A DNA stretch of 64,000 nucleotides from Candidatus Bathyarchaeota archaeon (GCA_963777155.1 CAVZPM010000007.1:1-64000); one strand, 5' to 3'. Positions 10,850-21,724 are shown, numbered from the stretch's first letter. The notes: generated by a model from the sequence alone, not told the origin. Numbers and translations are program-made.

Positions 10850-12325
10850 ATGGGAATAGTCAATAGAGCAATAAGAAATATTTCGAGAAGAAAAATCCGT
10901 GCATTATTAGTAATCATAGCCTTAGGATTTGCAATGGCAATCATGATTTCAATTCCCGCTGGCGCTTTAGCCAATCAGCAATCAGCCAACGAAATGGCTA
11001 ATAGCTTAAGCAACACAATAACAGAAACCAGTACTTCAATCAACCAAACGTTAACACAAATAGATTGCAGTCTCTCGGCAGAATTTTCAGGTTTCGGTTT
11101 TAGACCTCCAGACCAAACAAGTACCAGCGGTTCAAACGGATTTGGTCAACTTCCCCCCTCAGGAAGCACTCCAAGTGGAGGTATTAGCGGGTTTGATCCA
11201 AGCCAATTCGGTGGTGGGGGCACACCCGGGCAATTCGGGGGTGGTGCTTTTGGGGGAGGACAAGCAAGTCCCATGAATCAAAGTCTTTACAATGATGTTA
11301 ACAGCACAATTTATGGGATTGCAGCAATTGAACCAATATTGCAAGCTTCCGAAGGAAGCAATACAACAGTTTCATTCATGGGGAGAACATTTACACGCCA
11401 AATAACAGAATATACGATAGAAGGTGTTCCGCTAACATCTGAACTTGTTGATAATTATCCAATATTAACAACAAACATAACATCAGGAAGAAACTTACAA
11501 GCAGGTGACAGTAACGTTGTATTATTAAGTGAAAACAACTCTGCATATTTTGACAAAACAGTCGGCGACAAAGTGACCATCTTGGGACAAGACTTCACAG
11601 TAGTCGGAATCCATGGAACCAACTCAGTATCAGACAGATTGACCCTATACATGAACTTATCAGATGCCCAATCATTAACAAACAACACCGGTTACATAAC
11701 GAGTTTTCGAATTTTTACAACAAGTAGCGATATAGTCTCAACTGTAGCCAGCACCATTGGCTCAATGCATAGCGAATTAACAGTAAGTACACCTCAAGAG
11801 CGTATGACTCAACTCCAACAACTGCAATCGAGTTACACAGCAGCACTGACAAGTGCAGAAGACTCTATTAACTCAACCCAAACAACAGCCTTCGAAGAAA
11901 TCGTTGTCGTTGTTGCAGCTACCAGTCTTATTGTACTCTTTGTAATGCTTTACACTGTTAGAGAGCGTACAAAAGAAATTGGAACACTGAAAGCAATCGG
12001 GTTCAGCAACAAGACAGTAATGGGTCAATTTATGCTCGAAGGCATCCTACTAAGCATAATTGCTGGTGTAGTCGGTATTGCCATAGGTGTCATAGCTGCA
12101 CCCACATTATCATCTCTTTTATTGCCAAGTGTAAGTGGAAACCTTTTTGGTGGAACAGGAGCGATTATAAGAGCTGGCGTTGCACAAACAGCAACAGCCT
12201 CAGTCAACATAGATCTAGTTCTCTTAGCATTCGGTGCATCAATAGCTCTTGGCGCAATCGGAAGCCTTTATCCGGCATGGCGTGCTGCAAAAATTAGACC
12301 AGCAGAGGCGATGAAATATGAATAA
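10850..12325 (+). CDS. MacB/FtsX-type ABC exporter permease
   Basis: RNISRRKIR, VRERTKEIGTLKAIG, YPAWRAAKIRPAEAMKYE; start placed at ATG 10850. Confidence 0.9.
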   Translation: MGIVNRAIRNISRRKIRALLVIIALGFAMAIMISIPAGALANQQSANEMANSLSNTITETSTSINQTLTQIDCSLSAEFSGFGFRPPDQTSTSGSNGFGQLPPSGSTPSGGISGFDPSQFGGGGTPGQFGGGAFGGGQASPMNQSLYNDVNSTIYGIAAIEPILQASEGSNTTVSFMGRTFTRQITEYTIEGVPLTSELVDNYPILTTNITSGRNLQAGDSNVVLLSENNSAYFDKTVGDKVTILGQDFTVVGIHGTNSVSDRLTLYMNLSDAQSLTNNTGYITSFRIFTTSSDIVSTVASTIGSMHSELTVSTPQERMTQLQQLQSSYTAALTSAEDSINSTQTTAFEEIVVVVAATSLIVLFVMLYTVRERTKEIGTLKAIGFSNKTVMGQFMLEGILLSIIAGVVGIAIGVIAAPTLSSLLLPSVSGNLFGGTGAIIRAGVAQTATASVNIDLVLLAFGASIALGAIGSLYPAWRAAKIRPAEAMKYE

Positions 12326-13127
12326 ACCAGTCCTACAATTAGAAAATTTAAACAAAACTTTCACGCTAGGTAAACGAGAAATCAATGCAGTAGTCAATCT
12401 CAACCTAACTATATACGCCGGCGAATTCGTCGCTATCATGGGCCCATCCGGTTCAGGCAAAACAACACTACTAAACATTATTGGCTGCATCGATAAGCCA
12501 ACCAACGGAAAAGTATTCCTTGACGGTATCGACGTAGGCCAAATGCACGAAAGTCAACTTTACAAAATACGTCGAGACAAAATGGGCTTTGTATTCCAAA
12601 CCTTCAACCTGCTACCCTACCTAAACGCTCGGGAAAACGTAGAGTTACCCATGGAAGGCAAAATCAAATCTAAGACTGAACGCAAAAAACGCGCAAGCGA
12701 GCTCCTCGCCATGGTTGGACTATCAGGACGCGAAAATCATCGCCCGCAAAGACTCAGCGCAGGAGAACAACAACGCGTCGCAATTGCACGTGCATTAGCC
12801 AATAATCCTGCGTTTATTCTTGCAGATGAGCCCACCGGAAACTTGGATAGCCAAAACAAACAGGAAATAATTAAACTGTTAGCCAACCTTAACCTGACCC
12901 AAGGCACCACAATTATCATGGTTACACATGATAGTCAAGCCGCAAACCACACCGAAAGAATGCTGTTGCTAAAAGACGGGAAAATAATTAAAGAAAAAGA
13001 AGGACTGCATCTGGCTATGAAGAACAATAAATGTCCAAACTGTGGCGGTAGCATCAAATCAACTGATGCGGTTTGTCCCATCTGCAAAAAATCACTTATT
13101 GCATCTGAGGAGCCTTTCTCAGCCTAA
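12318..13127 (+). CDS. ABC transporter ATP-binding protein (LolD/MacB type) with C-terminal zinc ribbon
   Basis: [26 protein letters not shown]; tail CPNC-x10-CPIC. Confidence 0.92.
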   Translation: MNKPVLQLENLNKTFTLGKREINAVVNLNLTIYAGEFVAIMGPSGSGKTTLLNIIGCIDKPTNGKVFLDGIDVGQMHESQLYKIRRDKMGFVFQTFNLLPYLNARENVELPMEGKIKSKTERKKRASELLAMVGLSGRENHRPQRLSAGEQQRVAIARALANNPAFILADEPTGNLDSQNKQEIIKLLANLNLTQGTTIIMVTHDSQAANHTERMLLLKDGKIIKEKEGLHLAMKNNKCPNCGGSIKSTDAVCPICKKSLIASEEPFSA

Positions 13128-13167
13128 AAACAAAACGGATAAATATTGTTTAGCTTGAGGTTTTTTT

Positions 13168-14364
13168 ATGGAATCATCACCCTCTATTTCAGTTTCTCCT
13201 CCACCACAAAAACAAAGACGATTTTCAGTAATAATGATAATTGTTCTTTTACTCGTAGGCTTAGTTGCTGGGGGCTTCATCGGTTACGCAGTAACATACT
13301 CCGACTTCAACAACAAACTAACCAACTTACAGTCGCAGCTTGGCCTGTATCAAGGTAGTGGCGATTCAACTTTCCTTCTAGACGATAACGTCTCGCTTTC
13401 AACGCTCTATCAAAACGTTAAATCATCGGTGGTTATAATTCAAGACCTTGCACCAGGATTCACAATGTTTGGTCAACGAGTCTATACTTTGCAACAGGGA
13501 TCTGGTTTTGTTGCCGAAGTCAACAATCAACTAGTTGTCGTAACCAATGACCACGTTGTAACTGGCACCATTAATGTTACTGTGACTTTTGCTGATGGTA
13601 CCTGTTATCCGGCAACTGTGTTAGGGCAAGATCCCAAAGCTGACCTTGCTGCTCTCTCCGTGACTTCGATGCCGAGTGGAGTAACGGCTCTGCCGCTTGT
13701 CAGTTCTTTAACCCTGAAAGTAGGCGACCCCGTAGTTGCAGTGGGTACGCCTTTTGGATTATCAGGCACACTAACCACTGGTATAATAAGTGCTTTGGGA
13801 AGAACAATCGTTGAAGGCTCTGATTCAGGTCAAGACGGACAAATTATACCTGACACAATCCAAACAAGTACTCCCATTAATTCAGGCAACTCAGGCGGGC
13901 CACTTCTCAATTATGCTGGACAAGTTGTCGGTATAACGACTGCAGGCATCAGTAACTCGGAGGGTTTGGGCTTTGCGATTCCTTCTTCAACGATAATGCG
14001 GGAACTCGCATCGCTTGTCAACCCTGGGAGCTATGACCAGCATCCTTCAATAAACGCCGTTGGCACAGACATGAACTATCCGATTGCCCAAGTCATGGGT
14101 GCAACCGTTACCTACGGGTTTCTCGTTGAAAGTGTTTCGGTGCAGAATGGTTTGCAAGGCGGCAATTCAGTCAAGGCAGTCCTAAACGACAATGTTGTGG
14201 TTGGCGGCGATATCATAATTGGCGTTGGCAATGTGCGAATCGCTAACACAGACGACCTACTCTCCTATCTCGAACAACATACACTGCCCGGACAAACCGT
14301 CAATTTCACCGTGGTACGAGGCGGACAACAACAAACGATTGCGGTTAGTATAGGGAAAGCTTAA
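13168..14364 (+). CDS. membrane-anchored HtrA/DegP-like serine protease with PDZ domain
   Basis: GSGF, TNDHVV, DLA, GNSGGPL catalytic motifs; N-terminal TM helix. Confidence 0.9.
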   Translation: MESSPSISVSPPPQKQRRFSVIMIIVLLLVGLVAGGFIGYAVTYSDFNNKLTNLQSQLGLYQGSGDSTFLLDDNVSLSTLYQNVKSSVVIIQDLAPGFTMFGQRVYTLQQGSGFVAEVNNQLVVVTNDHVVTGTINVTVTFADGTCYPATVLGQDPKADLAALSVTSMPSGVTALPLVSSLTLKVGDPVVAVGTPFGLSGTLTTGIISALGRTIVEGSDSGQDGQIIPDTIQTSTPINSGNSGGPLLNYAGQVVGITTAGISNSEGLGFAIPSSTIMRELASLVNPGSYDQHPSINAVGTDMNYPIAQVMGATVTYGFLVESVSVQNGLQGGNSVKAVLNDNVVVGGDIIIGVGNVRIANTDDLLSYLEQHTLPGQTVNFTVVRGGQQQTIAVSIGKA

Positions 14365-14488
14365 ACAATAAAAAAATATTTTACCAATTGAGTAACAATT
14401 GTGTTTTGCAGATTTGGGTATTTTTTTGTTTGCTTTGCTTAAGCTTTAAAAATCTTGCGATTGAGTATCAAAAGCTCTAGAGTTTCCG

Positions 14489-14704
14489 GAAAGGCGAGTT
14501 TTCTTTTGTTTTGGTTGTTGTTGTTGGTTTGTCCTGTGTGCACAAGCATTTTTTCTGGTTGCTTTTGAGGTTTGTTTCTAGTTTGCTTTGTGATTTGGGG
14601 TCTGGTTGGTTGTTGTTGTAGAAGAAATCGGCATTTTTCGATGTTGGTAGTTGTAATTTGGAGACTGCTTGTTGATGTTTTACAACAGAAAAAACTGTTA
14701 AGCC
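14489..14704. repeat. GT-rich intergenic element, diverged copy 1
   Basis: Collinear blocks shared with 31792..32049 (GGAAAGG, TGTCCTGTG, TTTTTTCTGGTTG, TTTGCTTTGTG, CTGCTTGT, GATGTTTT). Confidence 0.55.
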
Positions 14705-14758
14705 ATTTTGATAGAATAGACGCTATTTTTATAAGCTCAACACTTGAATTAGGTTTTT

Positions 14759-15551
14759 ATGCAAGCTGAATTTGGAGTAATCGGTGGAACGGGTCTCTAT
14801 GATCCTAAACTTCTCAAGAACGTTCAGGAAGTAACCGTTGATACACCTTACGGTAAACCCTCAGACACCATCACAATAGGTGAACTCGGGGGTAAACTCG
14901 TTGCGTTTCTACCCAGGCATGGAAAAAAACATACAATACGCCCAACAGACATCAACGTGAGAGCCAACATTTTTGCCCTTAAAAAACTCGGAGTGAAACG
15001 GATACTGGCGCCTTCAACTGTTGGTTCTTTGCGAGAAGAGTACCGTCCAGGAGAAATCGCGTTTGTGGATCAATTCATCGATCGAACTACGCGTCGAGAA
15101 CAATCATTCTATACGGCAGCAGAAGGAAAGGTTTGCCATATATCCGTTGCTGAACCGATGTGCCCTGAAATACGAAAAATCCTAATCAGCGTTGCCAAAG
15201 AGCATGGACATCAAGATGCATGAAACAGGAACCTACGTTTGCATCGAGGGACCACGATTCTCAACCAAAGCTGAATCCAAAATGTACCGTCAATGGGGCG
15301 CAGACGTAGTTGGCATGACCTTGGTTCCTGAATGCGTCTTAGCAAGGGAAGCCGAAATCTGTTACGCAAACATATCGACAGTCACAGACTACGACGTTTG
15401 GAAAGACCACGTTGTCAGCGTCGACGACATCTTAGCAACCATGAAGAGCAACGTTGAGAATGTTAAGCGGGTAATCGCTGAAACAGTCGCCAAGACTCCT
15501 GCTACATGCAGCTGTGGATGTGACCAAGCGTTGAAAGGAGCCTTCGTTTAG
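14759..15551 (+). CDS. mtnP: S-methyl-5'-thioadenosine phosphorylase; frameshift near 15200
   Basis: GVIGGTG, PRHG, DQFIDRT in the first ORF; IEGPRFSTKAES, VGMTLVPE, VTDYD in the second. Confidence 0.9.
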
Positions 15552-15567
15552 AAAGAGGAAAAACACA

Positions 15568-16113
15568 ATGAGCAAAACAAATAAAAAAATCGATTTAAAA
15601 TCTAAGGTTCGAAGAATTCCCGAGTTCAAAGGCGTAGTCTTCTGGGATATAACACCCCTGTTAAAAGACAAAACCTGCTTCCATGAATGCATCAAACAGT
15701 TAGCTGACCATTACAGGGGTAAGCCCATAGACGTTATCGTTTCAAACGAGGCAAGAGGGTTCATAATTGGTGCAGCCTTAGCCTACGAGCTGGGAGTAGG
15801 GTTTGTTCCCATACGTAAAAAAGGAAAATTACCCTACAAATGTGTGGACCTAACCTACAAGAAAGAGTACGAGTGCGACACCATAGAAATCCATCAAGAC
15901 GCTGTCGAAAAAGGACAGAACGTGTTGCTCATTGACGATTTACTCGCGACAGGCGGAACAGTAAAAGCTAATATTGAATTGATCGAAGCATTAGGCGGCA
16001 AAGTCATTGGTTTAGGGTTCCTAATCGAGCTAGGTTATCTCGATGGACGAAAAGCACTTGGCGGCAAACATGATATCTACTCGTTGATTCAACTGAAGAC
16101 AACAAATGGATAA
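15568..16113 (+). CDS. apt: adenine phosphoribosyltransferase
   Basis: GVVFWDITPLL, EARGF, RKKGKLP, LIDDLLATGGT. Confidence 0.92.
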   Translation: MSKTNKKIDLKSKVRRIPEFKGVVFWDITPLLKDKTCFHECIKQLADHYRGKPIDVIVSNEARGFIIGAALAYELGVGFVPIRKKGKLPYKCVDLTYKKEYECDTIEIHQDAVEKGQNVLLIDDLLATGGTVKANIELIEALGGKVIGLGFLIELGYLDGRKALGGKHDIYSLIQLKTTNG

Positions 16114-16294
16114 GCAATAGACCGACACGTATTTTGTTCAAGTTTGGGTTTGATAATAGAAACATAAGTCAAACTCCCTTCTTCATTTCCTCGAGATAAC
16201 GAAAAAATATTCTGTGATTAATCAAGAACAAGAAACATAAGTTCAGTCAAATCAACATTAACTCTAACGTTAATCCAAGAGTTCGAAAGATATC

Positions 16295-16666
16295 TTACTT
16301 AATCCAGTATTTTTGCAGGTCATTTAGGTAATCAGTGAACAGAATTTCTGTATTTTTAGGTTTATAAATAAAGCCTCGCGCTTTGCTTTGAAGTCTCTCA
16401 ATAATTTTTAGCTCAACCAGTTTAGCTGCACAACCAAAAATTGATTCAACTGCACCTGTAAAGCTTTCAATCATAGTTGGAATCTGCAGTTTTCTAATAC
16501 CGTAGTTGTTTTCCAAGTATCTGTACATAGATTGTTTAACATCTTCGCCCAGCGATTCGAAAACTTCGTCTATTGCTTCCGCCAGAGCTTCTTCAAACGT
16601 GATTGTCTTTGGTTCTATTTCGCATAATTCACATATTGTGGTTAATTCAGTTAGTTGTTGAGTCAT
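16295..16666 (-). CDS. DUF3227/NitrOD5-like small helical protein
   Basis: EAIDEVFESLGE...YLE..YG...IP...F..AVE.IFG.AA..VE..I pattern. Confidence 0.55.
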   Translation of the reverse strand: MTQQLTELTTICELCEIEPKTITFEEALAEAIDEVFESLGEDVKQSMYRYLENNYGIRKLQIPTMIESFTGAVESIFGCAAKLVELKIIERLQSKARGFIYKPKNTEILFTDYLNDLQKYWIK

Positions 16667-16894
16667 TTCTATTCCCTGCTTGCTGTCTGTTGCTTACCGC
16701 ATTTGGTATCTGAATTGTTAATATATCAGTTGTTTTTGTTTTCGATATATTCCCAAAGTCGATATATACAAAAAAGAGACATCCAGGACACTGAATTGCA
16801 TGTCGTCAAGGAACTGGATATTCAAATAGCCCAATAATTGAAACAGAAGACGTCTCAGTTATCATTCAAAATAAGTTCAACAAAAGATGAGCAA

Positions 16895-17455
16895 TTAACA
16901 CAGTAACGTTTTGGCTGCTACCGAGTACACCTCTAAATCCCGACCTGAATGCAAAACGAAAATAACTTTATCAAGCCTTTCCTCTTTTTCTAGAAACGAT
17001 TTTACAGTAGCCAAGGCTATACGACTTGCTTCTTCAATGGGATAGCCATATGCTCCAGTGCTGATAGATGGAAACGCAATGGTTTTAAGCCCCTTAGAAA
17101 CGGCAAGCTTTAACGTATTTCTATATGTCTGTTTTAGGAGTTCCGCTTCAATATGCAAGCCACCGAACCAGACAGGACCGACCGTATGAATAACGTACTT
17201 GGCTTTCAATTTGCCCCCTGAAGTAATAACAGCTTTTCCCGTAGGCAACCCATCAGGCCATTCAGTCTCGCGGATCCGTTTGCACTCTTCAAGGATTCTT
17301 GGACCACCTTTCTGATGTATTGCTCCATCTACTCCGCCGCCGCCCATAAGTGTAGAGTTAGCTGCATTCACGATGACATCAGCTTCGACATCAGTAATGT
17401 CGCCCATTACCAGCTGCAGAGTTGCTTTTCCAACTTTAAATTTCATAGTAACCAA
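16895..17455 (-). CDS. macro domain protein (O-acetyl-ADP-ribose deacetylase-like)
   Basis: GDIT, VNAAN..LMGGGGVDGAIH, VIHTVGP, FPSISTGAYG. Confidence 0.92.
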   Translation of the reverse strand: MVTMKFKVGKATLQLVMGDITDVEADVIVNAANSTLMGGGGVDGAIHQKGGPRILEECKRIRETEWPDGLPTGKAVITSGGKLKAKYVIHTVGPVWFGGLHIEAELLKQTYRNTLKLAVSKGLKTIAFPSISTGAYGYPIEEASRIALATVKSFLEKEERLDKVIFVLHSGRDLEVYSVAAKTLLC

Positions 17456-17476
17456 TTATTCAAAAACACTATATAA

Positions 17477-18109
17477 CTATGCAAATATCGACCATATTGC
17501 TGAGCCCATAAAATACGTGCCAAATCCAATGAATACCAGTACGCAGAAAAACGTAATTCCCATCTTAGCACGGTCGGTCCAGAAACGTTGGGATTTAAAA
17601 ATCAACAAAGCAACCATCGTGTACCAGGAGAAGTCAGTTAGCCAATGAACTCCTGCGAAAACGGAAAACCCTACTATCCCAAATAGTTTAGCATTCAAAA
17701 TAAGTGTAGTTCCGATGGTTAACCACCAAAGAATAAAGCCTGCGTTGGCAGCTGTGGTCCATGCTCCCGCAAGCACGGAATCCCGCTTCAAACTCACCGT
17801 TGTCTCCTCCTGTTTGTGCCTGTTGCGGAATGCTTGAACACCCATAAAAATCATCAGAAGACCCCCGACCAACCCAACCGCAACTTGTACAATAGTTGGA
17901 ATATCAAATTGACTAAGCACAAAGAAAATCAGAAACATCAAAGGAAACTCCACAATCCCGTGGCCTACAGCAATTAACGCTCCTGCCGATTTGCTTTTTG
18001 CAGCTTTTTTCAGGGTAACGGCGAACAATGGGCCAGGCATTAGAACTCCGGAAAGGGAAATTAGCAGAACTGAAGCTAAGAAAAGGTAGAAATCATTAAT
18101 GAACTCCAA
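17477..18109 (-). CDS. LysE family translocator
   Basis: SGVLMPGP, GHGIVE, multiple TM helices. Confidence 0.85.
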   Translation of the reverse strand: MEFINDFYLFLASVLLISLSGVLMPGPLFAVTLKKAAKSKSAGALIAVGHGIVEFPLMFLIFFVLSQFDIPTIVQVAVGLVGGLLMIFMGVQAFRNRHKQEETTVSLKRDSVLAGAWTTAANAGFILWWLTIGTTLILNAKLFGIVGFSVFAGVHWLTDFSWYTMVALLIFKSQRFWTDRAKMGITFFCVLVFIGFGTYFMGSAIWSIFA

Positions 18110-18178
18110 GCTTCAAGTCTCTCTCCGCGTCTTTTAATCATCATCTGCAGGGTTGAAAATAAGTTTTTTCAAGCTTTC

Positions 18179-18205
18179 GTATACAAAAGCATCCCCCAAA
18201 CACAG
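18179..18205 (+). repeat. 27-bp dispersed element, copy A
   Basis: GTATACAAAAGCATCCCCCAAACACAG. Confidence 0.8.
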
Positions 18206-18206
18206 T

Positions 18207-18764
18207 TTACTCGCATTTTTTGCCCTTAAGAAGCTTGTTCTGCATCTCCACGATTTCACTGCTGTCCTTAGCCATTACGTAATTGTTAAGCAACATGCTG
18301 TTTAGCTCAAGAAACGTATGTCCCCATGTGAAAATCGACAGCAACTGCTCTGTCTCATTTTTAAAACCTGCAATGTAGAGGGCTGCGGCGATGGCTTCAG
18401 CCGTAGTCAACTTGGTTAGCTTTCCATAATTGACTGGGTTACCCGCAATCAAGATAGGTAAACAACGGCTTGTTCCCCTAACATGGTCCCCCATAACTTT
18501 CTGGGCATGTTCCCAACTGCAATCTAACGCAGCTAACCCGAATTGTTCCAATCTCTCCCTGTCCGCTGGAGAAAAAGCAATTTCGCTAAAAGGATTTAGC
18601 ACAATCGCTCGTCTTGGCAGAAACCTCGTTTTTGTAACTATCCTAGCAAATCCTCGTCGCTTAAGCCTTAAGGCAGTGTTTTTCTTAGGGTCATCCTGTG
18701 CCGCGTGATAAATTGTAATCCTCACAGGTAAAACTGGTTTTTTTGCTTCCGAGTCAGCTTCCAC
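18207..18764 (-). CDS. tsr3: rRNA aminocarboxypropyltransferase Tsr3 (DUF367)
   Basis: QDDPKKNT, ALDCSW, LIAGNPVNYG..KLTTAEA, FTWGHTF. Confidence 0.9.
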   Translation of the reverse strand: MEADSEAKKPVLPVRITIYHAAQDDPKKNTALRLKRRGFARIVTKTRFLPRRAIVLNPFSEIAFSPADRERLEQFGLAALDCSWEHAQKVMGDHVRGTSRCLPILIAGNPVNYGKLTKLTTAEAIAAALYIAGFKNETEQLLSIFTWGHTFLELNSMLLNNYVMAKDSSEIVEMQNKLLKGKKCE

Positions 18765-20295
18765 TTGACTTATGCACCTTCAAGTGACTCATAGGATCAT
18801 TCAGAACCCTTGGAATCCAATCAAGTAAATCTGTTGCAACCATATGAAACCCGATTTCGCTGGTAACAAAGTCACCTGCGGCACCATTAACGAAGGCCCC
18901 AGCCACCGCTGCTTCAAATGCATCTGCTCCTTGCGCTAATAAACCACTCACGATCCCACTGAGAACATCGCCTGTTCCTCCCACGGTCATGCCTGGGTTG
19001 CCTGTGAAATTCAATTTTGCTCTCTCAGCATCGCAAATAATGTCTACTTTACCTTTCACAAGGATGGTAGCGTTTAGTTTTTTAGCGTTCTTCTGAATAG
19101 CCACGACACGTTCTTCTTGGTTATCGGGCAATTCTTCACCGGTAAGTATTGTATATTCACCCACGTGGGGTGTTAAAACAAAAGGCACCTTTAGCGCCCG
19201 TTTGAATTTTGCAAACGCTTTCAATCCGTCAGCGTCTAAAAGTAGTGGTTTCTTTGCTTTTTCAACCTCGTCTACACATACTTTAACAAATTTAACGGTC
19301 TCAGCATTCATGCCTAGACCAGGACCAATCGCAACCGCATCAACCATGCTTAGGTATGGTTTGATTGTTTCTATGTTAGTTGGTTTCAGATTCTCGCCGT
19401 CGAGTTTTATTGTTATCAAATCGGGAGACATCGCTGATATAGCGTATGCGGTCTTTTCTGGAGCTGCAAGGTAAACGATATCTACGCCTGTCCGCAGAGC
19501 AGCTAACGAGACTAAAGCAGGCGCGCCAGAGTAAACTTGGCTTCCACCTATAACGAGCAGCCGTCCAAAATCGCCCTTATGAGCTTGTAGATTTCTTGGT
19601 TTGGTGACAAGTGAGACATCGCCTGGACCAGCAAAACGCTCCAGCTCCATGGGTAAACCAATATCTGCCACGATAAGTTCGCCAACATATTTCTTAGCTT
19701 TATCTAGACCTACCTTTGCCTTATGAAAAGTGATTGTTAAGTCAGCTTTAACAGCTGTACCCAAAACCTCACCGGTGTCAGAATCGATGCCTGTGGGCAT
19801 ATCCACAGCAACCCGGCAAGCATTAAGCGAATTAATATAATCGACGACTTTGGAAATTGGAGGTTTAAGTTTTCCTTTTGTACCAGTTCCTAAGAGAGCA
19901 TCAACGACTACTCCAACATTCACCTTAGGAATAAGTGCACTATCAGTTACTTCAAACAGAATTATATTATCTTTAATTGACTGCAGAATATTCCAGTTAC
20001 ATAAAGATGCTTCGTGGCTAATATCTCGCACCCTACCAACTAGAATGACTGTAATCTCAAAACCGGCAGCCAACAAATGCCTCGCAACAACAAAACCGTC
20101 CCCACCGTTGCCGCCTAATCCACAAAAGATCGCGATTTTCTTGTTTTTCTGAAACCGATTGATGATCTCTTGAGCAACGCTATGTCCCGCATTCTCCATT
20201 AGCTGAAGTAAGCTTATGCCAAAATATTGTGCATTGACTTCTAGAGCTTGCATGTGACTGCTTGTTATTGTCGGGATTTTGGTTTTTGCTTGCAT
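18754..20295 (-). CDS. nnr: bifunctional NAD(P)H-hydrate epimerase/dehydratase (YjeF)
   Basis: LMENAG, GGNGGDG, VDALLGTG, HKGDFG, LDADGL, GGTGDVL; start placed at ATG 20295. Confidence 0.92.
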   Translation of the reverse strand: MQAKTKIPTITSSHMQALEVNAQYFGISLLQLMENAGHSVAQEIINRFQKNKKIAIFCGLGGNGGDGFVVARHLLAAGFEITVILVGRVRDISHEASLCNWNILQSIKDNIILFEVTDSALIPKVNVGVVVDALLGTGTKGKLKPPISKVVDYINSLNACRVAVDMPTGIDSDTGEVLGTAVKADLTITFHKAKVGLDKAKKYVGELIVADIGLPMELERFAGPGDVSLVTKPRNLQAHKGDFGRLLVIGGSQVYSGAPALVSLAALRTGVDIVYLAAPEKTAYAISAMSPDLITIKLDGENLKPTNIETIKPYLSMVDAVAIGPGLGMNAETVKFVKVCVDEVEKAKKPLLLDADGLKAFAKFKRALKVPFVLTPHVGEYTILTGEELPDNQEERVVAIQKNAKKLNATILVKGKVDIICDAERAKLNFTGNPGMTVGGTGDVLSGIVSGLLAQGADAFEAAVAGAFVNGAAGDFVTSEIGFHMVATDLLDWIPRVLNDPMSHLKVHKSSGS

Positions 20296-20353
20296 ATTGA
20301 GGTCATTATGACCATGCATATTTAAAGATAAGCCCAAAGCTCGACTTCGACTT

Positions 20354-20379
20354 GTACACAAAAGCATCACCCAAAACAG
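20354..20379 (+). repeat. 27-bp dispersed element, copy B
   Basis: GTACACAAAAGCATCACCCAAAACAG. Confidence 0.75.
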
Positions 20380-20989
20380 TCTAATACTTACTTTCTTGCC
20401 AAATCAAGCAAAAACATCGAAACTTTGCGAACCTTATATATACATGCAAAATAAAAATTTACAAAAACAGTCGATATAGTAATTTAATGTAAAGAAACGT
20501 GCCGTTAAGTCTTTAGAATGACCTGATTGCCACGTTTGCACCTTAAGTGCTCCAATGGGCGAAATTTTTGAGTAAAATAAAAATTCAATCAGAATTTCTT
20601 TCGCTTGAAGTTGGCTTTTTACTGTTTTTTGGCGACTTTGTTTGTACCAATTGGGCATTGTCACGCATTTTTCTAGTCACATCTAGAGTTTAGAGTTCTG
20701 GAAGATTGGTTGTTTTGTGATTTTGTCAATTTGCTCATACGAATTATCATCGAACGTACATTTTTTATATCTAAACGTTAAAAAACCTGTAGAACATCAC
20801 GTGAAATTGAACTTAAATTGTGCACTTTTCCATAGCTTAGTTTGTTGATCGGCGTCACCGGTTGCGAAGTAAACCGATTTATCAATAATTTTATTAATCA
20901 ACCACATCCAATTTTTTTAAGCGTCTTAACATATAGTAAAAAAGTTTATCCAATACCTTCGCTTAACTAACTTAGATGAGTATTTCTAA

Positions 20990-21724
20990 ATGGTGACTTG
21001 TTTGAGTAAAAACTATGTTGTAGAAAACTTCGATGCTCTTCTAATAACCGATATACAGCTGGATTTTTTACCCGGCGGTGCACTACCCATAGAAGGCGGC
21101 GACGAAATCATACCGGTTCTCAACAATTACATTAAACATTTTGCAGCAGGAAAAGCGCATGTTTTAGCTTCCAGAGACTGGCATCCACCTAACCATATCT
21201 CATTTAGAGCACAAGGTGGACTTTGGCCTCCTCATTGTGTCCAGCAGACCCTTGGAGCAAAATTTAGCCCCGACCTTAACCTAACAAAAGACGTGGTCAT
21301 CATTTCTAAAGCTACCAACCCTGAAATAGAGGCATATTCGGCTTTTGAGGGAACAAGCTTAGCTCATGAATTGAACGCATGTGGTGTTAAGCGGCTGTTT
21401 ATCTGCGGTTTAGCTACCGATTACTGTGTTTTAAACTCAGTTCTTGATGCATGTAAACTGGGTTTTGAGACGGTCGTGCTTATGGATGCAACTTTGGGCA
21501 TTAACGTTAACCCGGGAGATGTAGATAGAGCCATCGACGCCATGCTCAAAAACGGCGCTCAACAGGCAACTGCCGAAGATTTTCCAGACGATATTGACAC
21601 TTTGCCCATAGAAGAAACATCCTCTGACTCCTTAGCCGAAAAACCCTCGCAAAAGGCTGAAGTAAAGAAAAAAGCGCGGATGCGTTCCAAGGGATCGGCC
21701 AAGAGGATCCGGACAGAGCGATAA
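20990..21724 (+). CDS. pncA: nicotinamidase/pyrazinamidase
   Basis: DIQLDFLPGG, DWHP..H, WPPHC, SKA...YSAF, GLATDYCV. Confidence 0.9.
   Translation: MVTCLSKNYVVENFDALLITDIQLDFLPGGALPIEGGDEIIPVLNNYIKHFAAGKAHVLASRDWHPPNHISFRAQGGLWPPHCVQQTLGAKFSPDLNLTKDVVIISKATNPEIEAYSAFEGTSLAHELNACGVKRLFICGLATDYCVLNSVLDACKLGFETVVLMDATLGINVNPGDVDRAIDAMLKNGAQQATAEDFPDDIDTLPIEETSSDSLAEKPSQKAEVKKKARMRSKGSAKRIRTER

Noticed and set aside
14572-14769. Hydrophobic ORFs 14572..14769 and 31808..32026
   Set aside because: By-products of the GT-rich repeat; the two frames are not conserved at protein level.
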